Part shown: positions 29,028 through 39,336 of the stretch, in pieces | How positions within the stretch are numbered: position 1 is the first letter of the stretch | Layout of the letters: each line of letters begins with the position of its first letter | NCBI GenBank assembly: GCA_964652255.1 | Contig: CAZZBM010000001.1 | Coordinates: 604,489 to 668,488, forward strand | Direction of reading: 5' to 3' | Length of the DNA: 64,000 nt | Source of the DNA: an uncultured bacterium | GTDB lineage: Bacteria > Bdellovibrionota > Bacteriovoracia > Bacteriovoracales > CAZZBM01 | Position numbers and translations under genes: made by a program | The notes under the pieces: model-generated | The model's database searches: none | Told to the model about the DNA's origin: nothing | What the model saw: the letters and a program-made list of their open reading frames with translations, nothing else

Positions 29028-29625
29028 TAGGAGGATTTAGCTGATTATTAATCAATTTAAAATGATCGCAGCCTAAAAAAGCTCCTCTAGCTAGAGGAGA
29101 GGGATGAGCAGCTTTTAGAATAAGATGTCTAGGGTGAAGAAAAGAAGCAACTTCTTGAGCTTTTTGTCCCCAAAGACAAAAAATGAGAAATTCTTTTTCA
29201 TCATTAAGTTTTTTTAAAATATTTTCAGTGAAGATTTCCCAACCTTTGTTCTTATGAGAAAGAGCTTCTCCTTCTCTTACTGTGAGAATTCTATTTAACA
29301 GAAGAACTCCTTGTTGAGCCCAAGAGGTTAAATTAGCATGAGTGGGACTTATTTGAAGTTCTTTATAAATTGTTTTTAAAGAAGCAGGAATTTTTTTATC
29401 TAAAGAAGAAAAAGCTAAACCATGAGCATGATTTTTATTAGGATAAGGATCTTGACCTAAAATAATGACTCGAACTTGATCAAAGGGAGTTAGGTAAAAA
29501 GCTTGAAAAGGAGTTTTTGGGAGAAGAGAATGATCTGCTTTTTTTTCTTCTTTTAAGAAGAAGAGAAGGTCTTGAAAGTACTTTTTTTTTTCTTCTTCTT
29601 GAAAAATCTTTGCCCAAGTTAACAT
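29008..29625 (-). CDS. ung: uracil-DNA glycosylase
   Basis: ILGQDPYP, GVLLLN, HPSPLA motifs. Confidence 0.9.
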   Translation of the reverse strand: MLTWAKIFQEEEKKKYFQDLLFFLKEEKKADHSLLPKTPFQAFYLTPFDQVRVIILGQDPYPNKNHAHGLAFSSLDKKIPASLKTIYKELQISPTHANLTSWAQQGVLLLNRILTVREGEALSHKNKGWEIFTENILKKLNDEKEFLIFCLWGQKAQEVASFLHPRHLILKAAHPSPLARGAFLGCDHFKLINNQLNPPINWQVI

Positions 29626-29644
29626 TTTTATATATATAAATTTT

Positions 29645-30355
29645 ATGGCGGGACATAGTAAATGGGCAAATATTAAACATAAAAAAGCTCTTCAAGATAA
29701 GAAAAAAGGAAAGTTATTCACTAAAATTTTAAAAGAAATTAGCGTAGCTGCTCAAATTAATCCTGATCCAGAAGCCAATCCTAGGTTAAGAGCAGCAATT
29801 CATTTAGCAAAAAAAAATTCTTTGCCTAAAGATAATATTGAAAAAGCTTTAAAAAAAGATCAGGATAAAAGTCAATTACAAGAAGTTGTTTATGAAGCTT
29901 ATGGACCAAATGGGATAGGTCTTATTATTCAATGTGCAACAGATAATTTAACCAGAACAGTAGCCAATATTAGATCTTATTTAAATAAGTATGAAGGATC
30001 TTTAGCTAAAGACGGAGCCCTGAATTTTGTCTTTGAAACAAAGGCTTTATTCATTCTTTATGAAAAGGAAATCTCTCAAGATTTGGAACTGAAAATGATG
30101 GAAAAGGGATTAGAAGAGATAGAAAATCAAGAGGATCATCTATACTGTACAGTAGATAGGGATTATTTTGGAGAGTTTCATGAATTGGTTGAAAAAGAAG
30201 ACTTGCAGTTAGAAGAAGCGAGTTTAGAAAAAATTCCTCTTCTTAAAAAAGAAATTACTCCAGAAATGAACATAAAATTTGAAAAGTTATTACAAGCCTT
30301 AGAAGATGATCATGATGTTCAAGAAGTTTATCATAATGCTGTAGTTTCTATCTGA
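29645..30355 (+). CDS. yebC: YebC/PmpR-family transcriptional regulator
   Basis: MAGHSKWANIKHKK N-terminus; typical length. Confidence 0.9.
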   Translation: MAGHSKWANIKHKKALQDKKKGKLFTKILKEISVAAQINPDPEANPRLRAAIHLAKKNSLPKDNIEKALKKDQDKSQLQEVVYEAYGPNGIGLIIQCATDNLTRTVANIRSYLNKYEGSLAKDGALNFVFETKALFILYEKEISQDLELKMMEKGLEEIENQEDHLYCTVDRDYFGEFHELVEKEDLQLEEASLEKIPLLKKEITPEMNIKFEKLLQALEDDHDVQEVYHNAVVSI

Positions 30356-31380
30356 TGAACAAGAGATCTGAGTCCTGGAAAAGATAAATAAGATCCTAAA
30401 AAATGAATATTTTTTTCTTTCTTTTTTAAAAGAGATTCACGAAGAAGATAATGCTTTTTATTATAAAGGGGAAAAGCTTTGAGATAAGGAGTATGATGAA
30501 TATAAAGAATGTTATCTGAAGAAGTAAAAAATAAAAGATCTTTTTCAAGATGTTCTTTTTTATAATTTTCATTATAGAAAAAAATAAAATGATTATTTTT
30601 TTTTATAATACCTTTGACATGAAGATTTAATCTATTAGAGAAAAGATAAGCATCATAATTTTTTAATAAAGAAGGCTCTTTTTTGAAGAAGATATGAACT
30701 TGATGCAGATCAATAAAAGGAAAAGAGCTTAATTCTTTTAGATGAGGAAAATAAGAGATAAGAGAAGAAGGGGGAAGACAAAAGTAATGTTCATGTTGAG
30801 TTAATTTTGAGAAGGATTCATTGAGTCTAATCTTATCTTTAAAAGGTTCAGCAAGTTGTAATAAAAACCGATGAAGAGATTTGGCATGAGAATAAGATTT
30901 TAAAAAAGAAAATTGTTGTAAAAATTGAAAAAAATTTTTATGAGGAAAAATAAAATCTTGAGTTAAAAGAGAACTAGAAGTAGAAAAAATTCCTTGCAGG
31001 ATTGGATCTAAATAATCATCAATAGTTTCTTGTGAGAAGACTTCCTGCAAACTTTCAAGTAGGGTTTCCCTTTTTTTTAAAGGATGAAAAAAATTTTTTA
31101 AAAAAGGAAAAAGAAGAGAAAACTTATTTTTAAACCCATTGGGAGTGAAAAAAGTTTTTTTTTTCAAGGAATCTTGTTTGAAAAAAGAAGTTAAGAAATG
31201 ATTATTTTTTAATAAGATAGACTGAGGACCTAGTTGAATAAGTCCATAAGGTGTTGACTTTTCTTGAATAAGTCCACCTAATTTAGAACTTGATTCAAAG
31301 AGAAGAAAAGGAATCTTTTTCTGATGAAAAACATGAGCTAAAACTAAACCCGTGAATCCACCTCCGTGGATAATCTTCAT
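30331..31380 (-). CDS. FAD-dependent oxidoreductase, protoporphyrinogen/coproporphyrinogen oxidase (HemY)-like, short
   Basis: N-terminal dinucleotide fold, then FESSSKLGGLIQEK....GLIQLGPQS, matching the E-x-s-x-r-x-GG...GP-x-s pattern of the PPO/amine oxidase family. Confidence 0.4.
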   Translation of the reverse strand: MKIIHGGGFTGLVLAHVFHQKKIPFLLFESSSKLGGLIQEKSTPYGLIQLGPQSILLKNNHFLTSFFKQDSLKKKTFFTPNGFKNKFSLLFPFLKNFFHPLKKRETLLESLQEVFSQETIDDYLDPILQGIFSTSSSLLTQDFIFPHKNFFQFLQQFSFLKSYSHAKSLHRFLLQLAEPFKDKIRLNESFSKLTQHEHYFCLPPSSLISYFPHLKELSSFPFIDLHQVHIFFKKEPSLLKNYDAYLFSNRLNLHVKGIIKKNNHFIFFYNENYKKEHLEKDLLFFTSSDNILYIHHTPYLKAFPLYNKKHYLLRESLLKKKEKNIHFLGSYLSFPGLRSLVHQIETTAL

Positions 31381-31757
31381 TTAAGAACTTGACTAGTTTT
31401 TTCAGAACAGATGTAAGTATCACAACTACAACGAAGAAGAAGAGAGGTTTCTCCTGAAGCACACTCTTGAATGAATTTTAAATAAGAAGGATTAAAAACT
31501 TGAGGAGGACACTTGTTACTTAAGGTTTCTCTAAAAGGAGCACAGGGGCGAACTTGTTGCCCAGTAAAAGTATAAAAAATAGTGGGTAGTTGATCTTTGT
31601 AAACAGATTTAATTTTTTTTGATCTCTCTTCTCTGTTTTTAGCATCAATTTCAAAGAGATTTCCCACTTTCTGCGTTTTTGGTTGATCTTTACTTTGAGA
31701 CTGACAAGAGATCAATAAATTAAAAATAATTAAAATATACATAAAAATTCCTCTCAT
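31377..31757 (-). CDS. Cys-rich putative lipoprotein
   Basis: NLLISC lipobox; 8 further Cys in the mature part; ATGA overlap with the downstream oxidoreductase. Confidence 0.5.
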   Translation of the reverse strand: MRGIFMYILIIFNLLISCQSQSKDQPKTQKVGNLFEIDAKNREERSKKIKSVYKDQLPTIFYTFTGQQVRPCAPFRETLSNKCPPQVFNPSYLKFIQECASGETSLLLRCSCDTYICSEKTSQVLK

Positions 31758-31775
31758 TATGTTAACATAAAAATT

Positions 31776-33002
31776 ATGATTTTATCACTTTTTGTTTTCT
31801 TTTATTTTTTAATTGTTTTAGAACATGTTATTAAAATTTCAAAAACACCTAGTGCTCTTATTTTGGGGATGTCTTTGTGGTTAGTTGTTTTCTTAGAAAG
31901 AGATGTTTCTCAAGGTTTTTTACATCACTTACAAGAGATTTCTGAAATTATCTTTTTTATTCTGGCTGCTATGCTTATTGTAGAAACTATTTACGAACAT
32001 AAGGGTTTTGATCTTTTAACTCAAGGTTTGTATCATGAGAGCAAAAAAATAACATATTTTAAGGTTTTGTTTTTAACCTTTTTTCTTTCAAGTTTATTAG
32101 ATAATTTAACTACAACTATAGTCATGATTACCTTGACAAGAAATCTCTTTACTATAAGAGATGAAAGATTATTAGTCTCTGGAATGATTGTTCTTGCTGC
32201 AAATTTTGGTGGGGTTTGGTCTCCTATGGGAGATGTCACCACAACTATGCTTTGGCTGGGAGGACAAATTTCTCCTTTGGGGATTATAAAAAAATTATTT
32301 ATTCCTACTTTTCTTGCTTTTTTAATTGGAATCAGTGTTATTTCTTTTTTTATTAAAGGAACTTTTCAAGAAAAAATGCTAGAAACTCCAGGGGAAGTTA
32401 AAAAAGATATTTTTATCTTAGGTCTACTAGCCTTAATAGCAACTCCTGCTTTAAAAATTATTTTTGGGATTAGACCTTTAGTGGCTATTTATTTTAATCT
32501 CTCTATTCTCTGGTTTTATTTAGAACTTAGAACCAGAGAAGAGGAAACTTCTTATATTAAAGTGGGAAAAATTTTTAAAAAATTAGATTTTGAAGGATTA
32601 TTTTTCTTTTTTGGATTATTACTTGCAGTAGCCTTGCTTCAAGAACAGGGTTATCTCAAAAGTTTAGCTCTTTTTTTAAAAAATTATTTTAGTTATGAAC
32701 CCTTAAGAGCTGCTCTTATAGGTCTAATTTCTGCTGTAGTAGATAATGTTCCTGTGACTTCTGCAGTTCAAAAAATGTATAGTTTAAAAACTTATCCTAA
32801 AGATCATCCTTTCTGGGAACTTCTTGTTTTTTGTGTTGGAGTGGGCGGAAATCTTCTGGTCATTGGTTCTGTAGCAGGAGTGATTGCTATGAATATGGTG
32901 AAAATTGACTTTTTTTGGTATCTAAGAAAAATTACTCCTGTTGCTTTTTTAACTTATCTTCTAGGCATTCTTTTTTATATGGCTGTTAACCATTATTATT
33001 GA
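31776..33002 (+). CDS. NhaD/ArsB-superfamily ion transporter (Na+/H+ antiporter NhaD-like)
   Basis: Polytopic; LDNLTTTIVM motif typical of NhaD-type antiporters. Confidence 0.65.
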   Translation: MILSLFVFFYFLIVLEHVIKISKTPSALILGMSLWLVVFLERDVSQGFLHHLQEISEIIFFILAAMLIVETIYEHKGFDLLTQGLYHESKKITYFKVLFLTFFLSSLLDNLTTTIVMITLTRNLFTIRDERLLVSGMIVLAANFGGVWSPMGDVTTTMLWLGGQISPLGIIKKLFIPTFLAFLIGISVISFFIKGTFQEKMLETPGEVKKDIFILGLLALIATPALKIIFGIRPLVAIYFNLSILWFYLELRTREEETSYIKVGKIFKKLDFEGLFFFFGLLLAVALLQEQGYLKSLALFLKNYFSYEPLRAALIGLISAVVDNVPVTSAVQKMYSLKTYPKDHPFWELLVFCVGVGGNLLVIGSVAGVIAMNMVKIDFFWYLRKITPVAFLTYLLGILFYMAVNHYY

Positions 33003-33237
33003 TAGATCCCACGGGACAAAGATCTAATTGTTCTAGACAAAGATCAATTTCAGAAGGAGTTTCAGGTTGTCTGTGAACATAAGCATTACCATATTGATCT
33101 TCTTTGAAAAAATCAGGAGCTCCAGAATAACAAACTCCACAAGCAATACATCCATGACCTGTAGAATCACTAGGATCAGTGCAGTAAAAAGCCCCTGGAA
33201 CATTTTTAACATGCTTTTTTAGGCTTTTCTTTATCAT
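32986..33237 (-). CDS. small ferredoxin (single Fe-S cluster)
   Basis: CIACGVC (CxxCxxC) plus distal CP (LCPVGSI). Confidence 0.7.
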   Translation of the reverse strand: MIKKSLKKHVKNVPGAFYCTDPSDSTGHGCIACGVCYSGAPDFFKEDQYGNAYVHRQPETPSEIDLCLEQLDLCPVGSINNNG

Positions 33238-33316
33238 GAAGCTGTGTTATCAGACATAAATTAAGGTTGTAAAGTTCAACTAAAGATGTTAAGAGTTGTC
33301 TTCTTAGAGAAGATAA

Positions 33317-33393
<77 letters not shown>

Positions 33394-33405
33394 AAAGGAA
33401 GATTT

Positions 33406-33609
33406 ATGGCAGTTCCAAAGAAAAAAACAAGCGTATCAAGAAAAGGCTTAAGAAGAGCCGGTCAGCATCATAAATTATATCCAAAATTTACGACTAAGTG
33501 TTCTAATTGTCAGGATATCTTACTACCTCACAGAGTTTGTCCAACTTGTGGATTTTATAGAGGTAAACAAGTGCTTACTATTAAAAGTAAAAAAGTTGCT
33601 GAGGAATAA
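33406..33609 (+). CDS. rpmF: 50S ribosomal protein L32
   Basis: MAVPKKKTSVSRKGLRRA start; CxxC...CxxC zinc ribbon. Confidence 0.9.
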   Translation: MAVPKKKTSVSRKGLRRAGQHHKLYPKFTTKCSNCQDILLPHRVCPTCGFYRGKQVLTIKSKKVAEE

Positions 33610-33615
33610 AATCTC

Positions 33616-34494
33616 TTGAATATTGTGACAAGTGGTCATTATATTCCTCAAAAAATTGTTCATAATAAAGATCTGGAAAAAATTTTAGATACTAGTGATG
33701 AATGGATTCAGGAAAGAACAGGGATCCAAGAAAGAAGAATTTCTCAACTTTCTTCTCTTGAAATGGCAAAAAAATTAAGTGAAGAGTTAAAAGATCAAAA
33801 AATTGATTATATTCTTTGCTGCTCTTCTTATTTTCAACAATCCTTTCCTAGTATAGCTAGTGAAGTCGCTGCTCATTTAGGGCTTACTTGTCCTGCACTT
33901 GATATTCAAGCTGCTTGTAGTGGTTTTATTTACGGATTAGATCTCTCTTGTGCTCTTTTAAATCATTATGAAAGAGTTCTTTTAATAGCTAGTGAACAAA
34001 CATCTGCTTTTTTAAACTGGAAAGATAGAAATAGTGCTGTTTTGTTTGGAGACGGAGCTGGTTATTTTCTTTTAGAGCGTAGTGAAAAAAAAGCTAAGTT
34101 TCAACTTTATTCAGATGGATCTAAAGGATCTATTTTAAGTCTTGAAGCTGGTTCAAGTATTAAAATGAATGGAAGAGAAGTTTTTAAAGAAGCTGTGATG
34201 ATTTTAACTCATCTTATAGAATCTTTTTTAAAAGAAGAAAAAATAACTCATATAGATTATTTTGTTTTTCATCAAGCTAATAAAAGAATTCTCTCACTTG
34301 TTGCTGAGAAATTAAAATTAGAAGAGAATAAAATTTTGATGAATGTTCATTCTTATGCCAATACAGCTTCAGCTTCTATACCTATTTTATTTCATGAAGA
34401 GGTAATGAAAGGGACAATAAAAAGAGGAGATAAAATTCTTTTTGCTGCTTTTGGTGGTGGAGTCACTGCTGGAGTAGGATCTATGGAGTATTAA
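33616..34494 (+). CDS. fabH: 3-oxoacyl-ACP synthase III
   Basis: AACSGF active-site Cys, FHQAN and NTASASIP motifs; TTG start in the track. Confidence 0.85.
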   Translation: MNIVTSGHYIPQKIVHNKDLEKILDTSDEWIQERTGIQERRISQLSSLEMAKKLSEELKDQKIDYILCCSSYFQQSFPSIASEVAAHLGLTCPALDIQAACSGFIYGLDLSCALLNHYERVLLIASEQTSAFLNWKDRNSAVLFGDGAGYFLLERSEKKAKFQLYSDGSKGSILSLEAGSSIKMNGREVFKEAVMILTHLIESFLKEEKITHIDYFVFHQANKRILSLVAEKLKLEENKILMNVHSYANTASASIPILFHEEVMKGTIKRGDKILFAAFGGGVTAGVGSMEY

Positions 34495-35342
34495 TGAATG
34501 TTTTTATCTTTCCCGGTCAAGGATCTCAGTTTTTAGAGATGAAAAAATATATTGATCCAGATGATCTTTTTTTCGCTCAAAATTTTTTAAATTTTAATTT
34601 AGAAGAAGCTTTCTCTTCTCATCAAATAAATCAGACTGAGTACTCTCAGTTATTAATTTTTCTTCATAGTGTGAGTGTTTTAAAAAATATTCCTTTGAAT
34701 TTTGATTTAGCTTTGGGGCATTCCCTGGGTGAATATAGTGCTCTTTATGCTTGTGGTGTTTGGTCCTTTGAAACAACCTTAAAAATTATCAGGGAGCGTT
34801 CAAAGCTGATGGCGAGTTGTAAGAAAGGATCCATGTGGGTTTTTTTAACTAAAGAAGATCTTACCTCTTTGAGTGAGCAATTAAAAAATAACAATAGTTT
34901 GGATCAATGGATTTTTTCTGGATTAGAGGAAGATTTTTTAAGCTTAAAAGAAAAAGTTTTACAAATCTTTCCTGAAGTTAAGGTGATACCCTTGAAGGTT
35001 TCCGGAGCTTTTCATTCAAAGTACATGAAAGAGATTTCAAATGAATTTAAAATTTTCTTAGAACAACAAGAGTTTTTATCTTTAAAAAAACCTTTTATTA
35101 GTAATGTTACAGCTCAAATAATTAAGGAGATTGATAAAAAAGATCTTATTGATCTTTTAACAAGGCAACTTTCTGAAAGTGTTTTATGGAGACAAAGTTT
35201 AGCTTTATTAAAAGAAAATGATGAAGTCTATGAAATTGGTCCAGGAAAGATTTTAACGGGACTAATGAAAAAAAATCGACCAGAAATAAAAGTTTCTTCT
35301 TTTCAATCAAGAGAAGATTATCTATCTTTAAGCTTCTTATGA
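34494..35342 (+). CDS. fabD: malonyl-CoA-ACP transacylase
   Basis: FPGQGSQ and GHSLGEYSAL motifs. Confidence 0.85.
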   Translation: MNVFIFPGQGSQFLEMKKYIDPDDLFFAQNFLNFNLEEAFSSHQINQTEYSQLLIFLHSVSVLKNIPLNFDLALGHSLGEYSALYACGVWSFETTLKIIRERSKLMASCKKGSMWVFLTKEDLTSLSEQLKNNNSLDQWIFSGLEEDFLSLKEKVLQIFPEVKVIPLKVSGAFHSKYMKEISNEFKIFLEQQEFLSLKKPFISNVTAQIIKEIDKKDLIDLLTRQLSESVLWRQSLALLKENDEVYEIGPGKILTGLMKKNRPEIKVSSFQSREDYLSLSFL

Positions 35343-36037
35343 AAATTCTCATTACTGGTGCTAAAAGAGGGATTGGTTATGCGATTGCTAGAGCTTTAAA
35401 AGAAAATTATGAGCTCATCCTTCATGTGAGAAAAGAAGAAGATGTTGATGAATTAAAAAAAGAAATTCCAAATTTTGAACCTTTGATTCTTGATTTAGAA
35501 GATAAAAATCTTTTAAATCAATTGAAAGAAAAAAAAGATCTTTTTGAGAATTTATCTGGTGTTGTTTTTAATGCTGGTTTAACTCACGCAGAATTAGCTT
35601 TAAAAACAAAAGAAGAAGATCGTGAACGATTATTTCAAGTTAATGTTTTTAGTGTCATGACAATGACAGAGTTCTTATTAAGATTTTTATTAAAACAATC
35701 TTCTAGTATCACTTTTATTTCTTCTGTTTTAGCCCATATGGGTAATACTGGATCAAGTTTATATGGAGCTACAAAAGGATCTCTTCTTTCTTATAAAAAT
35801 CATTTAGCTAGAGAATATGGTCTTAAGGGATTAAGAGTGAATAGTGTGAGCCCAGGCTTTATTCAGACTCAGATGACTCAGTCTTTAGATCCTATGAAAC
35901 AAGACGAATACCTTTCAAGAATAGCTTTAAAAAGATTTGGAACTAGTGAAGAAGTTGCTCATTGTGTAAAATTTCTCATAGAATCTAGCTACATCACAGG
36001 AATTGATTTAAGGTGTGATGGTGGGCTTTATTTATAA
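35339..36037 (+). CDS. fabG: 3-oxoacyl-ACP reductase (SDR)
   Basis: ITGAKRGIG cofactor motif, YGATKGS catalytic motif; position within the fab cluster. Confidence 0.75.
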   Translation: MKILITGAKRGIGYAIARALKENYELILHVRKEEDVDELKKEIPNFEPLILDLEDKNLLNQLKEKKDLFENLSGVVFNAGLTHAELALKTKEEDRERLFQVNVFSVMTMTEFLLRFLLKQSSSITFISSVLAHMGNTGSSLYGATKGSLLSYKNHLAREYGLKGLRVNSVSPGFIQTQMTQSLDPMKQDEYLSRIALKRFGTSEEVAHCVKFLIESSYITGIDLRCDGGLYL

Positions 36038-36054
36038 AAAAGGAGTAAATAATC

Positions 36055-36291
36055 ATGAATAAAGAAGAAATTGAAAAAAAAGTTTTTGAAATTGTAAGTA
36101 AAACATCAAAAAAACCAGTTGAAGAATTAAATGAAAATAATACTTTTGAAGAATTAAAACTAGATTCACTGGATACTGTTGATATTATGATGAATCTTAG
36201 TGATACTTTTGGTAAAGATATTCCTGATGAGGAAGCAAAACATTTTAAAAACCTAAAAGATATTACTCATTATATTCAAAATAATCTATGA
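36055..36291 (+). CDS. acpP: acyl carrier protein
   Basis: LDSLDTVDIMM phosphopantetheine-attachment motif; 78 aa. Confidence 0.9.
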   Translation: MNKEEIEKKVFEIVSKTSKKPVEELNENNTFEELKLDSLDTVDIMMNLSDTFGKDIPDEEAKHFKNLKDITHYIQNNL

Positions 36292-37520
36292 AAAGAAGAG
36301 TTGTTGTGACTGCTATGGGGACAGTGAATCCTTTGGGATCTACTGTTGCTGAAACTTGGACGAAGGCTAAAAATGGAGTTTCAGGAGTTGATTTTTTAAA
36401 ATCAACTTTTGAAAAAGAACATAGTCCTATTAAAATTGCTGGTGAAGTTAAAAATTTTTCATTAGATGAACATTTTTTTTCAGCGAAAGAAGCTGCTAAA
36501 TATGATCGTTTTAATCTTCTTGCTTTAAAAGCAGCACAAGAAGCTTTGAAAGATTTTTCTTTTTTAGACCCTGAAACTACAGGGTGTATTATGGGAACAG
36601 GTATTGGTGGTTTCCAAACCATTGAAGAGCAACATCAAATTTATAGAGACAGAGGGGCAACAAGAGTATCGCCTTTCTTTATTCCCTCTATACATCCTAA
36701 TACTCCCGAAGGTCTCATTACTATTTTATATAAATTAAATGGTCCTAATTTTGCTGTTTCAAGTGCTTGTGCTTCCAGTTTACATGCTCAGGCTTTAGCC
36801 TATGAAATGATTTTATCTGGTAAAGCAAAGACTATGGTTACTGGTGGTGTAGAATCGGTTTTAACAGCTATGACTATAGCTTCTTTTAATTCCATGAGAG
36901 CGCTTTCAAAAAGAGAAGACGACCCAAGAAAAGCTTCTAGACCTTTTGATCAAGATAGAGATGGTTTTATCATGTCTGAAGGAGCGACTGTTTTTGTTTT
37001 TGAAGATTATGAACAAGCTTTAAAAAGAGGAGCAGTTATTTATGGTGAAGTAATTGGTTATGGAGCTAGTAGTGATGCTTATCATATGACTGCACCAGAA
37101 AAAGAAGGGTTTGGGGCTTCTTTAGCCATGGAAAGGGCTTTAAAAGATGCTCAGATTTCTAAAGATCAAGTTGATTATATTAATATGCATGGAACAAGCA
37201 CTCCTTTAGGAGATATTGCTGAAACAAAAGCTGTAAAAAGAGTTTTTCAAGATCAAGCTTATCAACTAAGTTTAAATTCAACAAAATCAATGACAGGACA
37301 TCTTTTAGGGGGAGCTGGCGCCTTGGAAACTCTTTTTTGTTTAAAGTCTCTTGAAGAAAATATTATTACTCCAACTATTAATTTAGATCAAGCTGATCCT
37401 GAATGTGATTTAGACTATACTCCTTTAAAAGCCAAAGAAAAAAAGATTACTTATGCTTTAAATAATTCTTTTGGCTTTGGTGGAACAAATTGTACGATGG
37501 TATTTAAAAAATTTTTATGA
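36288..37520 (+). CDS. fabF: 3-oxoacyl-ACP synthase II
   Basis: SSACASS, HGTSTPLGD, GHLLGGAG motifs. Confidence 0.9.
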   Translation: MKRRVVVTAMGTVNPLGSTVAETWTKAKNGVSGVDFLKSTFEKEHSPIKIAGEVKNFSLDEHFFSAKEAAKYDRFNLLALKAAQEALKDFSFLDPETTGCIMGTGIGGFQTIEEQHQIYRDRGATRVSPFFIPSIHPNTPEGLITILYKLNGPNFAVSSACASSLHAQALAYEMILSGKAKTMVTGGVESVLTAMTIASFNSMRALSKREDDPRKASRPFDQDRDGFIMSEGATVFVFEDYEQALKRGAVIYGEVIGYGASSDAYHMTAPEKEGFGASLAMERALKDAQISKDQVDYINMHGTSTPLGDIAETKAVKRVFQDQAYQLSLNSTKSMTGHLLGGAGALETLFCLKSLEENIITPTINLDQADPECDLDYTPLKAKEKKITYALNNSFGFGGTNCTMVFKKFL

Positions 37521-38728
37521 AAGATTCTATTTTCTTTTCTTATTTAGAGCAAGAACAATTAAGACAAAAAGCAGGGCTTGAACTCATTGCTTCAGAAAAC
37601 TATGTTTCTGATGAAGTGCTCTTAGCCCAAGGTTCTCTTCTTACTAACAAGTATGCTGAAGGATATCCCCATCGTCGCTACTATCATGGTTGTGAACATA
37701 TTGATCAAATAGAAGATCTAGCTATCACAAGAGCTCTAGAGCTTTTTCAAGCTCAAGATTATGGAGTTAATGTTCAGGCACATTCAGGAACAACAGCAAA
37801 TTTAGCTGTTTATTTTTCTTGCTTAAAACCTGGAGATAAAATTTTAGCCATGGGTTTAAAAGAAGGAGGTCATCTTAGTCACGGTTCTTCTTTAAGTATT
37901 GCTAGTAGTGTTTTTCCTACTTCTTTCTATACACTTAATCCTCAAAATCATTTCTTAGATTATGATGCCATTAGAGAACAAGCTCTAAAAGAAAGACCAA
38001 GATTAATTATTGCTGGAGCTTCAGCTTATCCTAGAGTGATTGATTTTAAAAAATTTGCTTCTATTGCTCAAGAAATAGGAGCTTTTCTTTTAGCTGACAT
38101 TGCTCATGTTGCTGGACTTATTGCAAAAAAATTACACCCAAGTCCTTTTGGTTTAGCTGATTTTATTACAAGTACAACACATAAAACTTTAAGAGGTCCG
38201 CGAGGAGGACTTATTTTTTTTAAAAAAGATTTTGAAAAAAATCTTCAAAGAAGTGTTTTTCCTGGACTTCAAGGTGGACCACTCATGCATGCTATTGGAG
38301 CTAAAGCTGTTGCTTTTTATGAAGCCTTGCAACCTTCTTTTCAAGTTTATCAAGAACAGGTTTTAAAAAATGCTCAAGCTTTATCTCAACAACTTAAAGA
38401 TTTAGGAGTTCATTTGATTACTGAAGGAACTGATAATCATCTCATGCTTGTAGATGTAAAAAAAACTTATGATCTTACAGGAAAAGAAGCAGCTGATCTT
38501 TTACACCAATCTCATATCACGTGTAATCAAAACTCTATTCCTTTTGATTCTCTTTCTGCTTTAATCACTTCAGGAATTAGGCTTGGAACTCCAGCGCTGA
38601 CAACAAGAGGGCTGAAAGAAAATCATATGCAACAAATAGGATTTTGGATTCATGAAGTATTGTTGCATAAAAAATCTTTAGCAACTGAAGTTAAAGAATT
38701 TAGTTTAGGTTTTCCTCTTTATGTCTAG
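37517..38728 (+). CDS. glyA: serine hydroxymethyltransferase
   Basis: TSTTHKTLRGPRGG PLP-lysine motif. Confidence 0.95.
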   Translation: MKDSIFFSYLEQEQLRQKAGLELIASENYVSDEVLLAQGSLLTNKYAEGYPHRRYYHGCEHIDQIEDLAITRALELFQAQDYGVNVQAHSGTTANLAVYFSCLKPGDKILAMGLKEGGHLSHGSSLSIASSVFPTSFYTLNPQNHFLDYDAIREQALKERPRLIIAGASAYPRVIDFKKFASIAQEIGAFLLADIAHVAGLIAKKLHPSPFGLADFITSTTHKTLRGPRGGLIFFKKDFEKNLQRSVFPGLQGGPLMHAIGAKAVAFYEALQPSFQVYQEQVLKNAQALSQQLKDLGVHLITEGTDNHLMLVDVKKTYDLTGKEAADLLHQSHITCNQNSIPFDSLSALITSGIRLGTPALTTRGLKENHMQQIGFWIHEVLLHKKSLATEVKEFSLGFPLYV

Positions 38729-39104
38729 TAGCGCTAAACAAAGCCGAGAGCTTCTTCTTTTTTATGCTTATCAAGATTATTTTCAAAAACAATCATTAAA
38801 AGATTTTGATCTTTTTTTTAATCATTTTGCTAAAAAATCTTTTTCTAAAGATTTTTTAACTTCTTTTATTGCTCTCTATGATTTAAAAAAAGAAACTTTA
38901 AATCAAATTCTAGCTAAAGAAAATTTAGATAAGTTTAATCTTATAGATGCTCTTCTTATTAAACTCATGCTCTGTGAAAGACTTTATTTATTTACTAAAA
39001 GCCAAAATCTTCTTCATTATATTAACCTTTCAAAGGAATATAGTACTAAAGAAGCTTATAAAGTTATTCACGTGCTGATGGATAGATTTTTAAAAATTAC
39101 ATAA
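38721..39104 (+). CDS. nusB: NusB-like antitermination factor (divergent)
   Basis: 127 aa. SRELLLFYAYQ N-terminus and KVIHVLMDRF C-terminus parallel the NusB patterns (AREx-ALQ-LYQ; FVNGVLDK). Confidence 0.45.
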   Translation: MSSSAKQSRELLLFYAYQDYFQKQSLKDFDLFFNHFAKKSFSKDFLTSFIALYDLKKETLNQILAKENLDKFNLIDALLIKLMLCERLYLFTKSQNLLHYINLSKEYSTKEAYKVIHVLMDRFLKIT

Positions 39105-39110
39105 AAATTC

Positions 39111-39140
39111 TTGACATAAAAAAATAAAAAAACATAGTTT
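39111..39140 (+). promoter_or_regulatory. candidate sigma70-type promoter for the small-ORF array
   Basis: Perfect TTGACA (39111-39116), 18-nt spacer, TAGTTT (39135-39140). About 20 nt upstream of the first small ORF's SD. Confidence 0.3.
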
Positions 39141-39159
39141 TATAAGGAGAATATTTAAT

Positions 39160-39321
39160 ATGATTTTTTTATTATCAATGAATTTATTGGCAACAAAACC
39201 ACCAGGTCCAGCTGATAATCCAGATGGTGATTGGAATGAGTTTAAAAATGAACAAGAAGCTTTGATAGCTGTAGGAGAGAAAGAACAGAAGGAAGAAAAC
39301 GAAATAAGAAATAAAAAATAA
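39160..39321 (+). CDS. small acidic mini-protein 1 (53 aa): MIFLLSMNLLATKPPGPADNPDGDWNEFKNEQEALIAVGEKEQKEENEIRNKK
   Basis: Hand translation. ATG lies 9 nt after AAGGAGA (39144-39150). Below the ORF-track length cutoff. Confidence 0.55.
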   Translation: MIFLLSMNLLATKPPGPADNPDGDWNEFKNEQEALIAVGEKEQKEENEIRNKK

Positions 39322-39336
39322 AAAGGAGGTGAAGTG